64,000 bases of DNA from Nitrososphaeraceae archaeon (GCA_031316115.1 JALDRC010000011.1:4978-68977), one strand, 5' to 3'; shown: positions 32,997-44,783, counted from the stretch's first letter. A program made the numbers and translations. Notes: a model not told the origin generated them from the letters alone.

Positions 32997-35900
32997 TTGG
33001 AAATTAATACAAAAATTTTGTATGTTGTTATAGCTTTGTTTTCTATTTGTATATTCACAATGTTTCCACTTGTATATTCTAATGCGATCGAAATAATGGA
33101 TGATAGAACGCCTAATTCAATTGACGATAAAGTTTCTAATAGTAATTTAAAGGAAAATTCCATTAATGGGAAATTATCTGAAAACAATCAAAATCTACTG
33201 ACTGGATTTGAACAATCCAATAATTCTTTAACTAATTTTCTAGATACCAAAATTTTAGAAGTAAGAGATGGAAAAGGTGTTCTTATAAAGGATGGAGATC
33301 GGATTAATACAGATTCAATCACTCTCCAAATAGCAGCAAAAAATGTATTTGATGTGGATGGAGTAAGATGTAATTTGAATCAACAGAGCTATTCAGGTTG
33401 TGAGTTGTTTAATGATCCATCACAAGGTAATGAAAAATTTGATTCAAAGGACTGTACTACAAAAAAAATTGTAAGTAATGAGGATCAATCACAAACTTTT
33501 GAAATTTGCACTTTTAACATAGAGATAAGTAATTTTACTCCTGGCCCATATGAATTTCAGGTTGCATCTTTTCATGAAGAAGAACCATCCAAAACAAGTG
33601 TTTTAGGTTTAACTGATGAGAATTATGATAAGAGTGATAAAATTCTTGGAAATAAAGATCATGAAAGTAAAACAAAAACTTATGGTACGGTAAAAAAGCC
33701 TTCTGATAATAGCGCATATCCACACGAATATGGAAAACATATAGATGACAATGATTTATCGATGAGGCCCTTTTTATTAGCACTAAATGGTCCAAACAAT
33801 ATTCCATCTTCTGCTATTAACCAAATGGATGAACAATCAAGGGAAAAAGGATTGAATACACTATCAAATGATAATATACAATTGGACAAGCAATTAACCG
33901 AGCAGAACAAAAGAGTAAATACTACTCTATTGGACACAACACCTGCCACATTTAAATGGTCATTTGGAGCCAATACAACTATTAACCATGTTGTAGATGG
34001 AAATGGTAATACTTTAAATAATGACAGTATTACCAACTCAGATTCTATCAATTTTACCTTTTCGACAATAGCAGCTGGAAAACAGATATCAACAGATAAG
34101 TTTATTTGTTCTTTGGATAATCAAAAACCTACCGAATGTGGTTCTGGATTGGTAACTTATAATAATTTAGAATTCGGAAATCATGACTTTACTGTACAAT
34201 CTATTATTAAATCAAAGAATGTAGAAAACTCCGGTAATTCTAACAAAGTTTTGTCCATTCCTGCCAAATTTAGCTGGAATATAATACCACAGACTATTAT
34301 CACATCAGCTGTCCTAGATAATCAAGATGCGATAGAAAACAAAACTACAATAAACTCTAAAAAAATAACATTTTCGTTTTCAACTTCTAACCCTAACAAA
34401 AAAAGTTCAGACTATACGTTTGAATGTTCTTTAGATAATGAGATATTCAAGAGATGTTTAGAAGGTTCAAAAACATATTCCAATCTAGATTTTGGAACCC
34501 ATTTATTTAAAGTTAAATCGTTAATGAAATCGAAACAAGGAAGTTTTATTGAAGATTCTAATCCTGCGGTGTTCATATGGAAGGTTAACCCCAACTCTGT
34601 ATTGAGCAATGCTACAGATGGAAATAATATGCGAATCAATGATAATGGAATTACTGAATCTAGAGATGTTACTTTTAACTATTTTGGAGAAATTGAAGGA
34701 AATCCAATAAATTTAGATAAATTTCAATGTTACCTTGATGGCATAGAATTTTTTGAGTGTGATAATGGTAAAATAACACTAAAGGATCTTGATCCGGGAT
34801 ACCATGAATTTAAAGTCGCAACGGTTATAGATAATGATAAATCATCAGATTTTTCTAGAAATAATAGTAATAGTTTTACTCAGGATACAAATACTAAAAA
34901 GTTCGAAGAATCTAAATACCAAATTAATTCCATAATTCCACAACAAATTAACAAAAATAATACTTCGTCTTCTAACCATAATAAAACATCTACATTTTCA
35001 ATAAACAACGAAAATATTACTACATTTAGTTGGAACATTGCTGCCGATACAATAATTGATTCAGCAGTAGATGGAAGTGGACTTGAATTGGATAAAGCCA
35101 ATAATACTAGTTCAAACTCTGCAAAATTTGCGTTTTCAGCACTGTCTGATGGCAAACCTGTATTAGTGGATGGATTCAAATGTACATTAGATGATAGAGA
35201 ACCAGTAGATTGTTCAGCAAATTCAATAGCATTTGCCAATTTATCTCCAGGAAAACATTCCTTAAAGGTTACGTCAGTTTTCAATGGTAATGGAGTTGCT
35301 ATCTCTGATCCAACACCAGCAGTGTTTAGTTGGGATGTTGACCCCAATACAGTTATAGAATCTGCAGTAGATGGAAGTGGACTTGAATTGGATAAAGCCA
35401 ATAATACTAGTTCAAACTCTGCAAAATTTGCGTTTTCAGCACTGTCTGATGGCAAACCTGTATTAGTGGACGGATTCAAATGTACATTAGATGATAGAGA
35501 ACCAGTAGATTGTTCAGCAAATTCAATAGCATTTGACAATTTATCTCCAGGAAAACATTCCTTAAAGGTTGAATCGTTGTTTAATAACACTGGAGTTGCT
35601 ATCTCTGATCCAACACCAGCAAGGTTTACCTGGAGTATTGCACCTGATACAGTAATTGACTCTGCAATAGATGGCAATGGAGATTTATTGGACGAAGCAG
35701 CTATTACTAGTTCAAACTCTGCAAAATTTACGTTTTCAGCATTGTCAAATAACCAAACAATTAACGCCGATGGGTTCATTTGTAAGATAGATGAAATGAA
35801 GCCAAGTAAATGTAATGATGAAGTAATGACACTCGATTCTCTCCCTGAAGGCGATCATAGATTTGGAGTATTCTCATATGTCATGATTGATAATAAAAAT

Positions 35901-36068
35901 GCAATAAAGGATCCATCACCTGATTGGTTTACTTGGTCTATAGACAATGATGACAATAAAAATACCAATACACAAATCGATGATATTATACCAGATTCAG
36001 GAGGAGCACAAGTTGCAAATGAGGTTGATACTAATGTAGATGAACACAAAGAATCGAAATTTACATGA
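32997..36068 (+). CDS. Large secreted/surface protein with ~100-aa Ig-like repeats
   Basis: Signal peptide; repeated T.I.SA.DG...F.F....F.C.LD.....C......Y.NL..G.H.F.V...P..F.W. Confidence 0.88.
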   Translation: MEINTKILYVVIALFSICIFTMFPLVYSNAIEIMDDRTPNSIDDKVSNSNLKENSINGKLSENNQNLLTGFEQSNNSLTNFLDTKILEVRDGKGVLIKDGDRINTDSITLQIAAKNVFDVDGVRCNLNQQSYSGCELFNDPSQGNEKFDSKDCTTKKIVSNEDQSQTFEICTFNIEISNFTPGPYEFQVASFHEEEPSKTSVLGLTDENYDKSDKILGNKDHESKTKTYGTVKKPSDNSAYPHEYGKHIDDNDLSMRPFLLALNGPNNIPSSAINQMDEQSREKGLNTLSNDNIQLDKQLTEQNKRVNTTLLDTTPATFKWSFGANTTINHVVDGNGNTLNNDSITNSDSINFTFSTIAAGKQISTDKFICSLDNQKPTECGSGLVTYNNLEFGNHDFTVQSIIKSKNVENSGNSNKVLSIPAKFSWNIIPQTIITSAVLDNQDAIENKTTINSKKITFSFSTSNPNKKSSDYTFECSLDNEIFKRCLEGSKTYSNLDFGTHLFKVKSLMKSKQGSFIEDSNPAVFIWKVNPNSVLSNATDGNNMRINDNGITESRDVTFNYFGEIEGNPINLDKFQCYLDGIEFFECDNGKITLKDLDPGYHEFKVATVIDNDKSSDFSRNNSNSFTQDTNTKKFEESKYQINSIIPQQINKNNTSSSNHNKTSTFSINNENITTFSWNIAADTIIDSAVDGSGLELDKANNTSSNSAKFAFSALSDGKPVLVDGFKCTLDDREPVDCSANSIAFANLSPGKHSLKVTSVFNGNGVAISDPTPAVFSWDVDPNTVIESAVDGSGLELDKANNTSSNSAKFAFSALSDGKPVLVDGFKCTLDDREPVDCSANSIAFDNLSPGKHSLKVESLFNNTGVAISDPTPARFTWSIAPDTVIDSAIDGNGDLLDEAAITSSNSAKFTFSALSNNQTINADGFICKIDEMKPSKCNDEVMTLDSLPEGDHRFGVFSYVMIDNKNAIKDPSPDWFTWSIDNDDNKNTNTQIDDIIPDSGGAQVANEVDTNVDEHKESKFT
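35064..35663 (+). repeat. 300-bp tandem duplication within the Ig-like repeat gene
   Basis: 35064-35270 almost identical to 35364-35570; a third diverged copy begins ~35664. Confidence 0.95.
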
Positions 36069-36689
36069 TGCCTAATTTTAACTACCGCGAATTGGGTGAT
36101 TACTTTTACTAATTCTCTAAAATAAAAAATTAAGAATTTTACAGAAGAGAACAGAGATATCAAAATATAACGTGAGTTAATTTTTTTCAAATTTTATTTA
36201 TTTACTAATTAAAAATTTTACAAGTTATGATTTTACATTATTTCTTGATTAACATAATATGTTATATAAAATTAGCCTATAAACCAGAATATAAAAAGTA
36301 CAAAAGACCAATTTAAAGAAATTTATATTCTTTAATTTGATGAGATGATTATAAAATGGAGAGAAAGATTATATTAAATACATTTAATTTTTAGTCACCA
36401 AATTAACAATAAATCTTATTTTATTAAATGATATATACAATTGAAACAAGAATGTAAAAAACAAGTTAGTATTGTTTATTTATCAAAATTTAATTTGGGT
36501 TAAAAGACTTTGATCTTAGTTATAAGCCTCATAATTGATTTTTACTTTTCATTATTTAACTGCATTTAAATATTCCTAAAAGAACTAGTTTTATACATAT
36601 GACCAAAAGTTATTATTGTTTTCTCTAAATATAATAAATAATAAAATATTTCAAAGCAAATAAAGTTAATTAGATACAGATTCTTAAAT

Positions 36690-37850
36690 CTAGGTTTTTA
36701 GTTTTAGCAAAGGTAATGATAAAAAAATAATTAAAATACCTGCCATAATCCAAGCAAAATCATATCCGTATTCATAAACAAAATATGAAAAAACCATAGG
36801 AATCCAGAATGAGCCGGTAAGGGAAATGCCATTTACAAAACTGATAGCAAGAGTTTGATATTCTATTTTTATACCATAATCTTGTTTTGCTTTAGCATAC
36901 ACAACTACAAATCCCATCGACAAAAAGATTCCAGCGACAAGAATTGAACATATTACTACGTATATTGAATGAATATACAGCAACATTATACTTGATGCTG
37001 AAATCAAAGAACAAATAAACAACAATTTTTTGGTATTGTGAATTTTATTGTAAATTTTTCCGAATAAAGGAGAAACAATTATTCCTGTGATCAAACTCAA
37101 ACTTCCAAAGAACCCAGCTAAAACTGGTTCTACATTTAATTTCTCAATCAAAAATAAAACCATAAATGTAAGGGTCAGACTTGCACCTGTTTGAAATCCT
37201 AAGAGTGCAAATCCAAGAGTTATTAACGAGCGGTTTAATAATACTGTTTTCAAATCTCTTATTTCAATTTTTATTCTGGTTTTGAGGTCATTAATCAAAT
37301 TTAATTCCATAAATATTGTAATTATAACCCCGCAAACTCCTCCTATTATAATTGCTAAATGCCATCCTATTAAATCTGCGATAGATATCCAACCAAAAAT
37401 TCCAATTAACGCTCCTATTGCATGAGCTGAATTTAAAATACCTACTCCTAATCCTGTATTTTTTTCACCCAAAAATTTTGTTATAAGTGTTATACTAGGA
37501 CCAAAAAAACATGCCATTCCGATTCCAACCAGAAATCTTAGTATGGCGATTAGTACAATGTCTTCTAACAAACCAGATATTATAACCATCAAAGAGGAAA
37601 ATAATATTCCAAATATACTCAATCTTCTAGAACCAAACTTTGCAGCTAATATTCCTGCAGGGATCTGGAAAATACCGACACCAATAATAAAACTTGTAGT
37701 GATTAGTCCTAGTGAAGAAATATCTAAATGAAAATCTAAAGAAATAAAATAAAATATAGAAGAAACATTAAACCAATTGATTGTATATAATACTCTAGCT
37801 AAAAACAATGTGAGAGGAATGCGTTTAAACAATATGGCTAAAATTTTCAT
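36690..37850 (-). CDS. MFS transporter
   Basis: 12 TM; FQIPAGILAAKFGSRR motif A-like. Confidence 0.92.
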   Translation of the reverse strand: MKILAILFKRIPLTLFLARVLYTINWFNVSSIFYFISLDFHLDISSLGLITTSFIIGVGIFQIPAGILAAKFGSRRLSIFGILFSSLMVIISGLLEDIVLIAILRFLVGIGMACFFGPSITLITKFLGEKNTGLGVGILNSAHAIGALIGIFGWISIADLIGWHLAIIIGGVCGVIITIFMELNLINDLKTRIKIEIRDLKTVLLNRSLITLGFALLGFQTGASLTLTFMVLFLIEKLNVEPVLAGFFGSLSLITGIIVSPLFGKIYNKIHNTKKLLFICSLISASSIMLLYIHSIYVVICSILVAGIFLSMGFVVVYAKAKQDYGIKIEYQTLAISFVNGISLTGSFWIPMVFSYFVYEYGYDFAWIMAGILIIFLSLPLLKLKT

Positions 37851-38121
37851 ACCTGTTACAAAACGATTATGATAAAGAATTGATTGTCATAAAATCTTTA
37901 TCCTTATGCTTATCTTTTCAAAAAATTATATGATTACAGGTTATTAATAATCTATAATAAATGGCAATTTACAATCAGAACTTTACATCTGAAAATATAT
38001 TTCAGGTTTAACTTTATAAACTGTAATCCAATAAGTTAATAATGGATGAATTAAATTTAAAATTTGATCATAATTTTTTTGTGAAAATATTAATACTCTT
38101 CCTCTTTATATAAATTCAATA

Positions 38122-38799
38122 ATGGGATTGTACAAGGCTGGAGATATAACTAAGTTTTGTTTTGTCTTCGTGTTCTTGTTATTACTTATCCTTGTTTTGA
38201 ATACAAATTTCACTTCTGTCAATAGTCAAGAAGATAATACAGAAGAGATCAAAAAACAACTAAAATATTCATATACAGATAATCCTGATATTGATCTGAC
38301 GATCGAAGGAACATCAGGTGATGATGAAATAAGGGGAACCGAAAAGAATGATGAAATAGATGGAAAAAATGGGAATGATAAATTGGAAGGATTTTTTGGT
38401 GATGATAAGCTCTATGGGGATGATGGCAATGATGTTTTGATAGGGGGTAAAGGTAACGACCTATTGGATGGAGGAGATGGCAATGATACATTGAAAGGAG
38501 GTAAAGGTAACGACCTATTGGAGGGAGGAGATGACAATGATAATCTTAAAGGATATCAAGGAAATGATACGTTGATTGGGGGAGATGGGAACGACAGATT
38601 AGAAGGTGGTTTGGGAATTGATATTCTAGAAGGTGGTGAAGGTGCAGATTTTTTTATTTGTGATGCTGATGATAAGATAGTAGATTTCGAAAAAGAAGAA
38701 GGTGATTTCTTAGCTGAAACATGTAAAATCAATACAGAGTCCAACGTTAAAAAAAATTCAACAAAAACACCTAATTTCACTTTAAGATATCTTGGGTAA
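38122..38799 (+). CDS. Secreted RTX/hemolysin-type Ca-binding repeat protein
   Basis: Multiple GG.GND.L nonapeptides. Confidence 0.9.
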   Translation: MGLYKAGDITKFCFVFVFLLLLILVLNTNFTSVNSQEDNTEEIKKQLKYSYTDNPDIDLTIEGTSGDDEIRGTEKNDEIDGKNGNDKLEGFFGDDKLYGDDGNDVLIGGKGNDLLDGGDGNDTLKGGKGNDLLEGGDDNDNLKGYQGNDTLIGGDGNDRLEGGLGIDILEGGEGADFFICDADDKIVDFEKEEGDFLAETCKINTESNVKKNSTKTPNFTLRYLG

Positions 38800-38919
38800 T
38801 TTTGACATCAGATTCTGAATATCTACATATTTTTAGATCCTATGTATTTGATATGGATATTCCAGTACAGTTCAATTTAATATTTATTTTAATATAAAAG
38901 ATAAAGAGGCTTCAAATTC

Positions 38920-39114
38920 TTAGTTATTCAATACAGAGTCTATGATTTCAGTCGAGACCTGTGAAGATGTTTGGTTTGTTAAATTTACTGGTGGGATCGG
39001 CTCTATCTTCTGATCATCCTCTTGACCTATTATAGGATCGATATCGTAATAACTCACAAGAAATACGGACATTATAGATACTAACAATCCAATAGAAAGG
39101 ATCATTTTTGACAT
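38920..39114 (-). CDS. Small secreted/membrane hypothetical protein
   Basis: 64 aa with N-terminal hydrophobic helix. Confidence 0.55.
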   Translation of the reverse strand: MSKMILSIGLLVSIMSVFLVSYYDIDPIIGQEDDQKIEPIPPVNLTNQTSSQVSTEIIDSVLNN

Positions 39115-39320
39115 ACCATTGATTGTTTCTTATATTATTAAAATATTGTTCTTCAAGTTTCGATTTATCAACCTCTAATTATATTTAAAAATTATAAAAA
39201 TTAAAATCTTATTAATAATATTTTAACATATTCAGACGCCTAGTCAAATTCTTACAAAAAAAATTTATTAAATATATAAAACATGATAAATTTATAAACT
39301 GACCTAGATAAAATAATACA

Positions 39321-39668
39321 ATGAATTACGAAGAATTAGGACAAAAGATAATGAGTCTAGATCCAGGAGTACGTTTTGTAACAATATTTGATACGAAGGA
39401 ATCAAAACCAGTATACTCTGAACACAAACCAGGAGTCACTAATCTACTTTCAAAGGAAGAGAGCAAAGAATCTTTACAATTAGCTATAAATGCATGGAAA
39501 ACACGTGCAAAACTAGAACCAAAAATAGGAAAAGGAAAATATGTTTTAGCTGAATATGATAAAATTAAAAGAATTACTATTCCTATGGACGAAAATCATT
39601 TACTTTATATCACAACAGAAGTTGAATGTGACTCTCAAGCCCTTTTAAACAATATAAGGCAAATGTGA
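39321..39668 (+). CDS. Thaumarchaeal conserved protein, roadblock/longin-like
   Basis: IMSLDPGVRFVTI...GKGKYVLAEYDKIKRITIP family pattern. Confidence 0.75.
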   Translation: MNYEELGQKIMSLDPGVRFVTIFDTKESKPVYSEHKPGVTNLLSKEESKESLQLAINAWKTRAKLEPKIGKGKYVLAEYDKIKRITIPMDENHLLYITTEVECDSQALLNNIRQM

Positions 39669-39782
39669 GTTTAATGTTCATCTCTAGAAAATAAATTTTC
39701 TCATTTTTTTATTTAACGACTAGAAAATTCTATCTAACCCTTTATAAAACGGATTAATAAAATTACTTATAGACTTTAAAGT

Positions 39783-40316
39783 TTGGATAATAACAATGAT
39801 AAATTCTATCAATATATATTTATTAATCCAGGATGTTATTTTCGCAAGATAAAAAGAGAACTGGGATATTCAGTTGGGACAACCCAATATCAACTTAACA
39901 AATTAGAAAAGGAAGGAAAAATAGTGTCCTATAGTAATGGATTTTATAAATCTTATTTTGCAAATGGTTTATTTGATGAGAATGAAAAAAAAATTCTACA
40001 AATTCTTAATCAAAAATCATTACGTGAAATTCTTTTATTTATTATAGAGAAGAAAAATTCAACAAAACAAGATATCGTAAAGAAATTTGAAATTTCTTAC
40101 TCTACGGCAACTTGGTACCTTGAAAAATTAATTGATAGTAATTTAATATTAGAGAAAAAAAATGGAAAATTTACTTTATATTTTGTTAACCCTGATGTTA
40201 AAACAACACCTATAACCGTGCAATTACTAAAAAAATATTATTCTAATATTTGGAATACTTGGGCTAATAGACTCGCAGAATTCTTCCTTTTACTTTCCAA
40301 AGAAGAAGGAAGATAA
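39783..40316 (+). CDS. Double winged-helix transcriptional regulator
   Basis: NPGCYFRKIKREL...TQYQLNKLEKEGKI and a second wHTH. Confidence 0.85.
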   Translation: MDNNNDKFYQYIFINPGCYFRKIKRELGYSVGTTQYQLNKLEKEGKIVSYSNGFYKSYFANGLFDENEKKILQILNQKSLREILLFIIEKKNSTKQDIVKKFEISYSTATWYLEKLIDSNLILEKKNGKFTLYFVNPDVKTTPITVQLLKKYYSNIWNTWANRLAEFFLLLSKEEGR

Positions 40317-40335
40317 ACTGTTAATACTCTAAATC

Positions 40336-40620
40336 TTGACCATTAATATTTTTGACCAAATAGAAGGATCAATATATTTTTCTAGTGCTATATTATCTAG
40401 TGTCCTTTTAGGCTTATCTGTCTCTGCTTATCGTAAAAGGGCGGTAAAAAAAATCCTTTTTGCAGTTGGGGCTTTTGCTTTTTTTGTTTTTTATTTGTTT
40501 TTTGAAGCATTTGAAGAATTCACTCCTCAAATCCAGGAATATGTGGGAGTAGATATCTTTGTTGCTAGCTTGACCTTCTTAGTTGTTATTTTTTTCTTTT
40601 TAGCATTAATCAAAAAATGA
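40336..40620 (+). CDS. Small 3-TM membrane protein, likely co-transcribed with the regulator
   Basis: LLGLSVSAYRKR...; 19 bp after the upstream stop. Confidence 0.75.
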   Translation: MTINIFDQIEGSIYFSSAILSSVLLGLSVSAYRKRAVKKILFAVGAFAFFVFYLFFEAFEEFTPQIQEYVGVDIFVASLTFLVVIFFFLALIKK

Positions 40621-40873
40621 ATCATCGTTTCTTTGATGCTATAGATTCAGTATTGATATATTGATTCAATTAAGGTACATGTTTGACGTCGCAAGTATTA
40701 TGTTTTTGTAAGATACACCTTCATAAAAAACAGAATTATATACCGCAACTTCGGTTTTAACATGTTACAATTAAAAACAGATTATTGGTGGCAAAAACAA
40801 AATCAATAGATAAAATAAATTTTATGGTTATCGCTAATTTGGATATAACATGGAGTTGACAATGAAATTAATT

Positions 40874-42106
40874 TTATTTTTTAATAGTAAAATAATCTAT
40901 TATTTTCAATTTATCGTTCTCGTTTCTAGGTTGACATGATTCGAGATCCATTGTTTCTTTTTTCTTTTCAGATATTATAGTATCGCAGACTAAACCTATA
41001 TCATAAAATATTCCCTCTATCTTATTGTTAAATACTTTTAAATTCAAAAACCCAAATCCTTCATTATAACCATATGCCACATAGTCAGGTTTTTCAGTTA
41101 ACCTATGAAGCTCTTTACCTCCTGTTCCAACTATTAAAAAAATCATTCCATTTGAACTGTTAAACGTATTGTTTCTACCGTTTATTGACTCAATGATCGG
41201 TAAGGATATATCTTGATCGTTAAATAACAGTGGAAATGTTCTGGAGTATATGTGATTATGGCCGTGCAAAACAATATCTACTCCATATTTTTCGAATATC
41301 TTTTCATATTTTTCTCGTAGGATAAATTCTTCCAATTGTTTAGAGGAAGGTGAGTAAAAGGGTTTGTGCAACATCACAATTATCCAATCAATATCTTTAT
41401 TTTGACTAGCCTTTTTCAAATCATCAAGCACAAATTGATACTGTTTATTGTCTACTTTAATATCTGGAACTAATGAATTTAAATCTAGATATTTTTTAAG
41501 TTTGGGGATTTCTATTTCGACAGATTGTTGTTCAAATAAATCCTTTATCGGTATTGTTTGAAAACGTTCTAGAAGTGGTTCTTGTTTCTTTAAATCTAAT
41601 TTAGTTTTATCTTTATTGCCAATTTTTTCAGTTAGTTTTGCATTAGATTCCAATGTATCGACTGATAGCTCTAACTGAGAATCCAAGACGAGGACATGCA
41701 TATTTTGATAATCAAAAGAATAATAGGAAGTATTCAAACCGTAATGATTCATTAATTTATCTTTAAGTTTATCGCCTGTAGTTCCTTCCTCTTCAAAGTC
41801 ATCATGATTTCCTATTGCAATCTTTGTATTCGAATCCAATGATTTTGTCATATCAAACCAACAATCGGGAGTTGTTTGATAACTAAGATCACCTACAGCA
41901 AGGAATAATTCTGGATCTAGTTTTTCTATATTGTTAATATTCTCCTGAGCTCTCAAAGAGCATCCAAAGTCTGATGCTGTGATAATATTAAAATATTCAT
42001 CATTAGTTCTAGAACTATTTGTTGCAAAAGAATATTGATCATTATATAATATAATAAAAGCAATGCCAATAAGGATTAATATTGAATGTAAAATTTTTTT
42101 CCGCAT
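40874..42106 (-). CDS. Secreted metallophosphoesterase with ~70-aa insertion
   Basis: SDFG, GDLSY, GNHD, HKP, GHNH motifs. Confidence 0.9.
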   Translation of the reverse strand: MRKKILHSILILIGIAFIILYNDQYSFATNSSRTNDEYFNIITASDFGCSLRAQENINNIEKLDPELFLAVGDLSYQTTPDCWFDMTKSLDSNTKIAIGNHDDFEEEGTTGDKLKDKLMNHYGLNTSYYSFDYQNMHVLVLDSQLELSVDTLESNAKLTEKIGNKDKTKLDLKKQEPLLERFQTIPIKDLFEQQSVEIEIPKLKKYLDLNSLVPDIKVDNKQYQFVLDDLKKASQNKDIDWIIVMLHKPFYSPSSKQLEEFILREKYEKIFEKYGVDIVLHGHNHIYSRTFPLLFNDQDISLPIIESINGRNNTFNSSNGMIFLIVGTGGKELHRLTEKPDYVAYGYNEGFGFLNLKVFNNKIEGIFYDIGLVCDTIISEKKKETMDLESCQPRNENDKLKIIDYFTIKK

Positions 42107-42902
42107 CTATATCTCTCTTTCAGAAATGGATGACTTTCATCTGGATATATCGACCCATCTGTTCCAAATGATTGAAACATTTTCATAATTGGATATTAAG
42201 ACTTCATTTTTGTAATAGATCCAAGATTCTTTTGCATACATTTCAAAAAAATTCATTAGTTATCCTTGGTTACCCCATAATACTTTAAGTAAATAATCTT
42301 GTTTAGATTAAATTTAACTTCCATAATCGCAATTCTTCTCATAATAAGTAATTGCAGTATGACTCTTTAAAAATAATATGATACAATTCTAAAACAAATA
42401 TTATTTTATCCATAGAAAGATAATTAGTAAATTCACATAATTGTACTATTTTTCTCGTTAGTTTTATCTAGTGATTTTTTAACCATTTAATAATCAAGTT
42501 AAATTTTTTAAATACAAAAAATTGTAAAATAAAATCTATTTATTTAAATAACTAAATCAGAATTTTTTATCTGAAGTTAGAGAAATTTAGAATTTGAAGA
42601 ATAGACTTTTTTTATATAGATTAAATTCAATGATATTCAAAAATATTGAGTAAATGAAAATATCTTATACTGCTGAAAAGTTAATATATTTAATCATCAT
42701 ATTGATGAATAACGCAAATTTGCAACCGATATTTTAAATCCTTCCTTCAATTTTTGCAAATTTCGAGCAGATAGTATAATTGTTTTAATTTGCAGATGTT
42801 TGATATGATATTTTAACTAAATTATATGAATTTCTTCAGATTTTTTTTCTATTAACAATTATCAAAAACAATTTATTATGGTTATTTTATAGTGAAGTAG
42901 AT

Positions 42903-44783
42903 ATGTTAATTCATTCGTATAATGCTGTTCTAGGAATATTTGCGGTAATATCTGGATTTATAATTTTATTTGGTGTAAATAATGTCTATGGATCGGAGAA
43001 TAATGTTTCAAATATTGTGACTAATGAATCAGTCAATCAATCTTTGTCAAATGAATCAGTCAATCAATCTTTGTCAAATGAATCAGTCAATCAATCTTTG
43101 TCAAATGAATCAGTCAATCAATCTTTGTCAAATGAATCAGTCAATCAATCTTTGTCAAATGAATCAGTCAATCAATCTTTGTCAAATGAATCAGTCAATC
43201 AATCTTTGTCAAATGAATCAGTCAATCAATCTTTAAATATTGCTTATAAGTTTGCCCCGTTTCTATCACTTAACGGAACTGATTATGTTGATTTAGCAGA
43301 TGATAAAATTTTTTCGCTTGAGAAATTCACTGTCGGTTCTTGGATAAGAGTAAATGAGTCTGATTTATCTAATCCTGCCATCCTGATAAACAAAGGAGGA
43401 TTTAATTCAGAAGAGAAAGGAAAAAACATGAACTATGGTTTTTGGTTTAATAGTAAAGGTATAATTCAAGGAGGATTTGAAACTGATTCTGGTCAATATT
43501 TTGCAGCTAATTCCACTGATAAATACAACGATGGTAAGTGGCATTATATTGTTTTATCCAACGATGGCAACCTACTAAAATTATATGTCGACGGAAAACC
43601 AGTTTCTATAAAAGCGACAAACGGAACCAAACCGGATAATTCTGGATCTCAACCACTGAGGATAGGCGCTAATTCATTAGAGGAAGATAAATTTTTTAAA
43701 GGAAATATCGATGAAGTGCGGGTCTGGAATAGAGGCTTAACAGACAGCGAAGTGAATGATCTTTTCGTAGGATCATTTAATAATACAAATGGTCAGATTT
43801 TATATTTGAATTTCACAGAGCCATCTCTCACTCAAACCACTACGCTTTCAAAACATGATCAAGACCAAGATTCTTTCAAAGATGCTACAGAGTATAAATG
43901 GATCAAAACTTGGGGAGGTCAAGGAACCGAAGATGGGAAATTTTTACGTCCACATGATATCGATTTCAATAATGATGAATCTATCATGTATATAATAGAT
44001 CGAGATGGTGGACGAGTTCAGGCATTTGATAAAGACGGAAACTTTCTATTCAAATTTGGTAAGAATGGACAAGGAGATGGTGAATTTAAGGTTCCATATG
44101 GACTAGATGTTGATAAAGAAGGGAATATCTGGGTAGCAGATAGGGCAAATCATAGAGTTCAAAAATTTGATAGTCAAGGTAATTTCATCTTGAAAATTGG
44201 TCAGAACGACTTTACAAAAAGTTCTGCACCCGGTGAATTTGATAATCCAAGGCATGTAAGAGTAGACGCCGATGCTAAATATGTGTATGTTGCAGATTCT
44301 AAAAATAACCGAGTTCAACAATTTGACGTTAATGGTACATTTATTAGAACAATTGGACAATTGGGAGATAAACCAGGTGAATTTAATCTTGTAACTACTA
44401 TAGAAATGGACCCTGATGGTAATTTCTTTACTACTGAAAGGGGCAATGAACGTATTCAAAAGTTTGATAAGGATTGGAATCCTATATTGATGTGGGGAAG
44501 TAAGGGAAGTGGAGATTCGCAGTTTTGTCATTCAGAACACATAGCAATTGACAAGTACGGCAATGTCTACATGAACGATCCACAATCCGATCCAGGATGT
44601 AGTTTAGTACCATCGGTCAAAAAATTTGATAACAATGGAAAGTTCATTACCAAATGGGGTTCATTAGGTAAAGAACCTGGCCAATTTGGAGACCCAGAGC
44701 ATCTTGCAGTTGATTCTGATGGAAATGTCTATGTTTCGGATCGAAAGAATGACAATATCCAAAAATTCGCACCAGTCCCATAA
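42903..44783 (+). CDS. Secreted LamG (concanavalin A-like) plus NHL-repeat protein
   Basis: Signal peptide, NESVNQSLS repeats, WHYIV...LYVDG...IGAN...GNIDEVRVWN, then NHL blades. Confidence 0.92.
   Translation: MLIHSYNAVLGIFAVISGFIILFGVNNVYGSENNVSNIVTNESVNQSLSNESVNQSLSNESVNQSLSNESVNQSLSNESVNQSLSNESVNQSLSNESVNQSLSNESVNQSLNIAYKFAPFLSLNGTDYVDLADDKIFSLEKFTVGSWIRVNESDLSNPAILINKGGFNSEEKGKNMNYGFWFNSKGIIQGGFETDSGQYFAANSTDKYNDGKWHYIVLSNDGNLLKLYVDGKPVSIKATNGTKPDNSGSQPLRIGANSLEEDKFFKGNIDEVRVWNRGLTDSEVNDLFVGSFNNTNGQILYLNFTEPSLTQTTTLSKHDQDQDSFKDATEYKWIKTWGGQGTEDGKFLRPHDIDFNNDESIMYIIDRDGGRVQAFDKDGNFLFKFGKNGQGDGEFKVPYGLDVDKEGNIWVADRANHRVQKFDSQGNFILKIGQNDFTKSSAPGEFDNPRHVRVDADAKYVYVADSKNNRVQQFDVNGTFIRTIGQLGDKPGEFNLVTTIEMDPDGNFFTTERGNERIQKFDKDWNPILMWGSKGSGDSQFCHSEHIAIDKYGNVYMNDPQSDPGCSLVPSVKKFDNNGKFITKWGSLGKEPGQFGDPEHLAVDSDGNVYVSDRKNDNIQKFAPVP
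43023..43235 (+). repeat. 27-bp coding tandem repeat, 8 copies (last partial)
   Basis: AATGAATCAGTCAATCAATCTTTGTCA x7 plus 24 bp. Confidence 0.98.

Noticed and set aside
43023-43235. 27-bp repeats as CRISPR
   Set aside because: Head-to-tail with no spacers, and in frame within a CDS.
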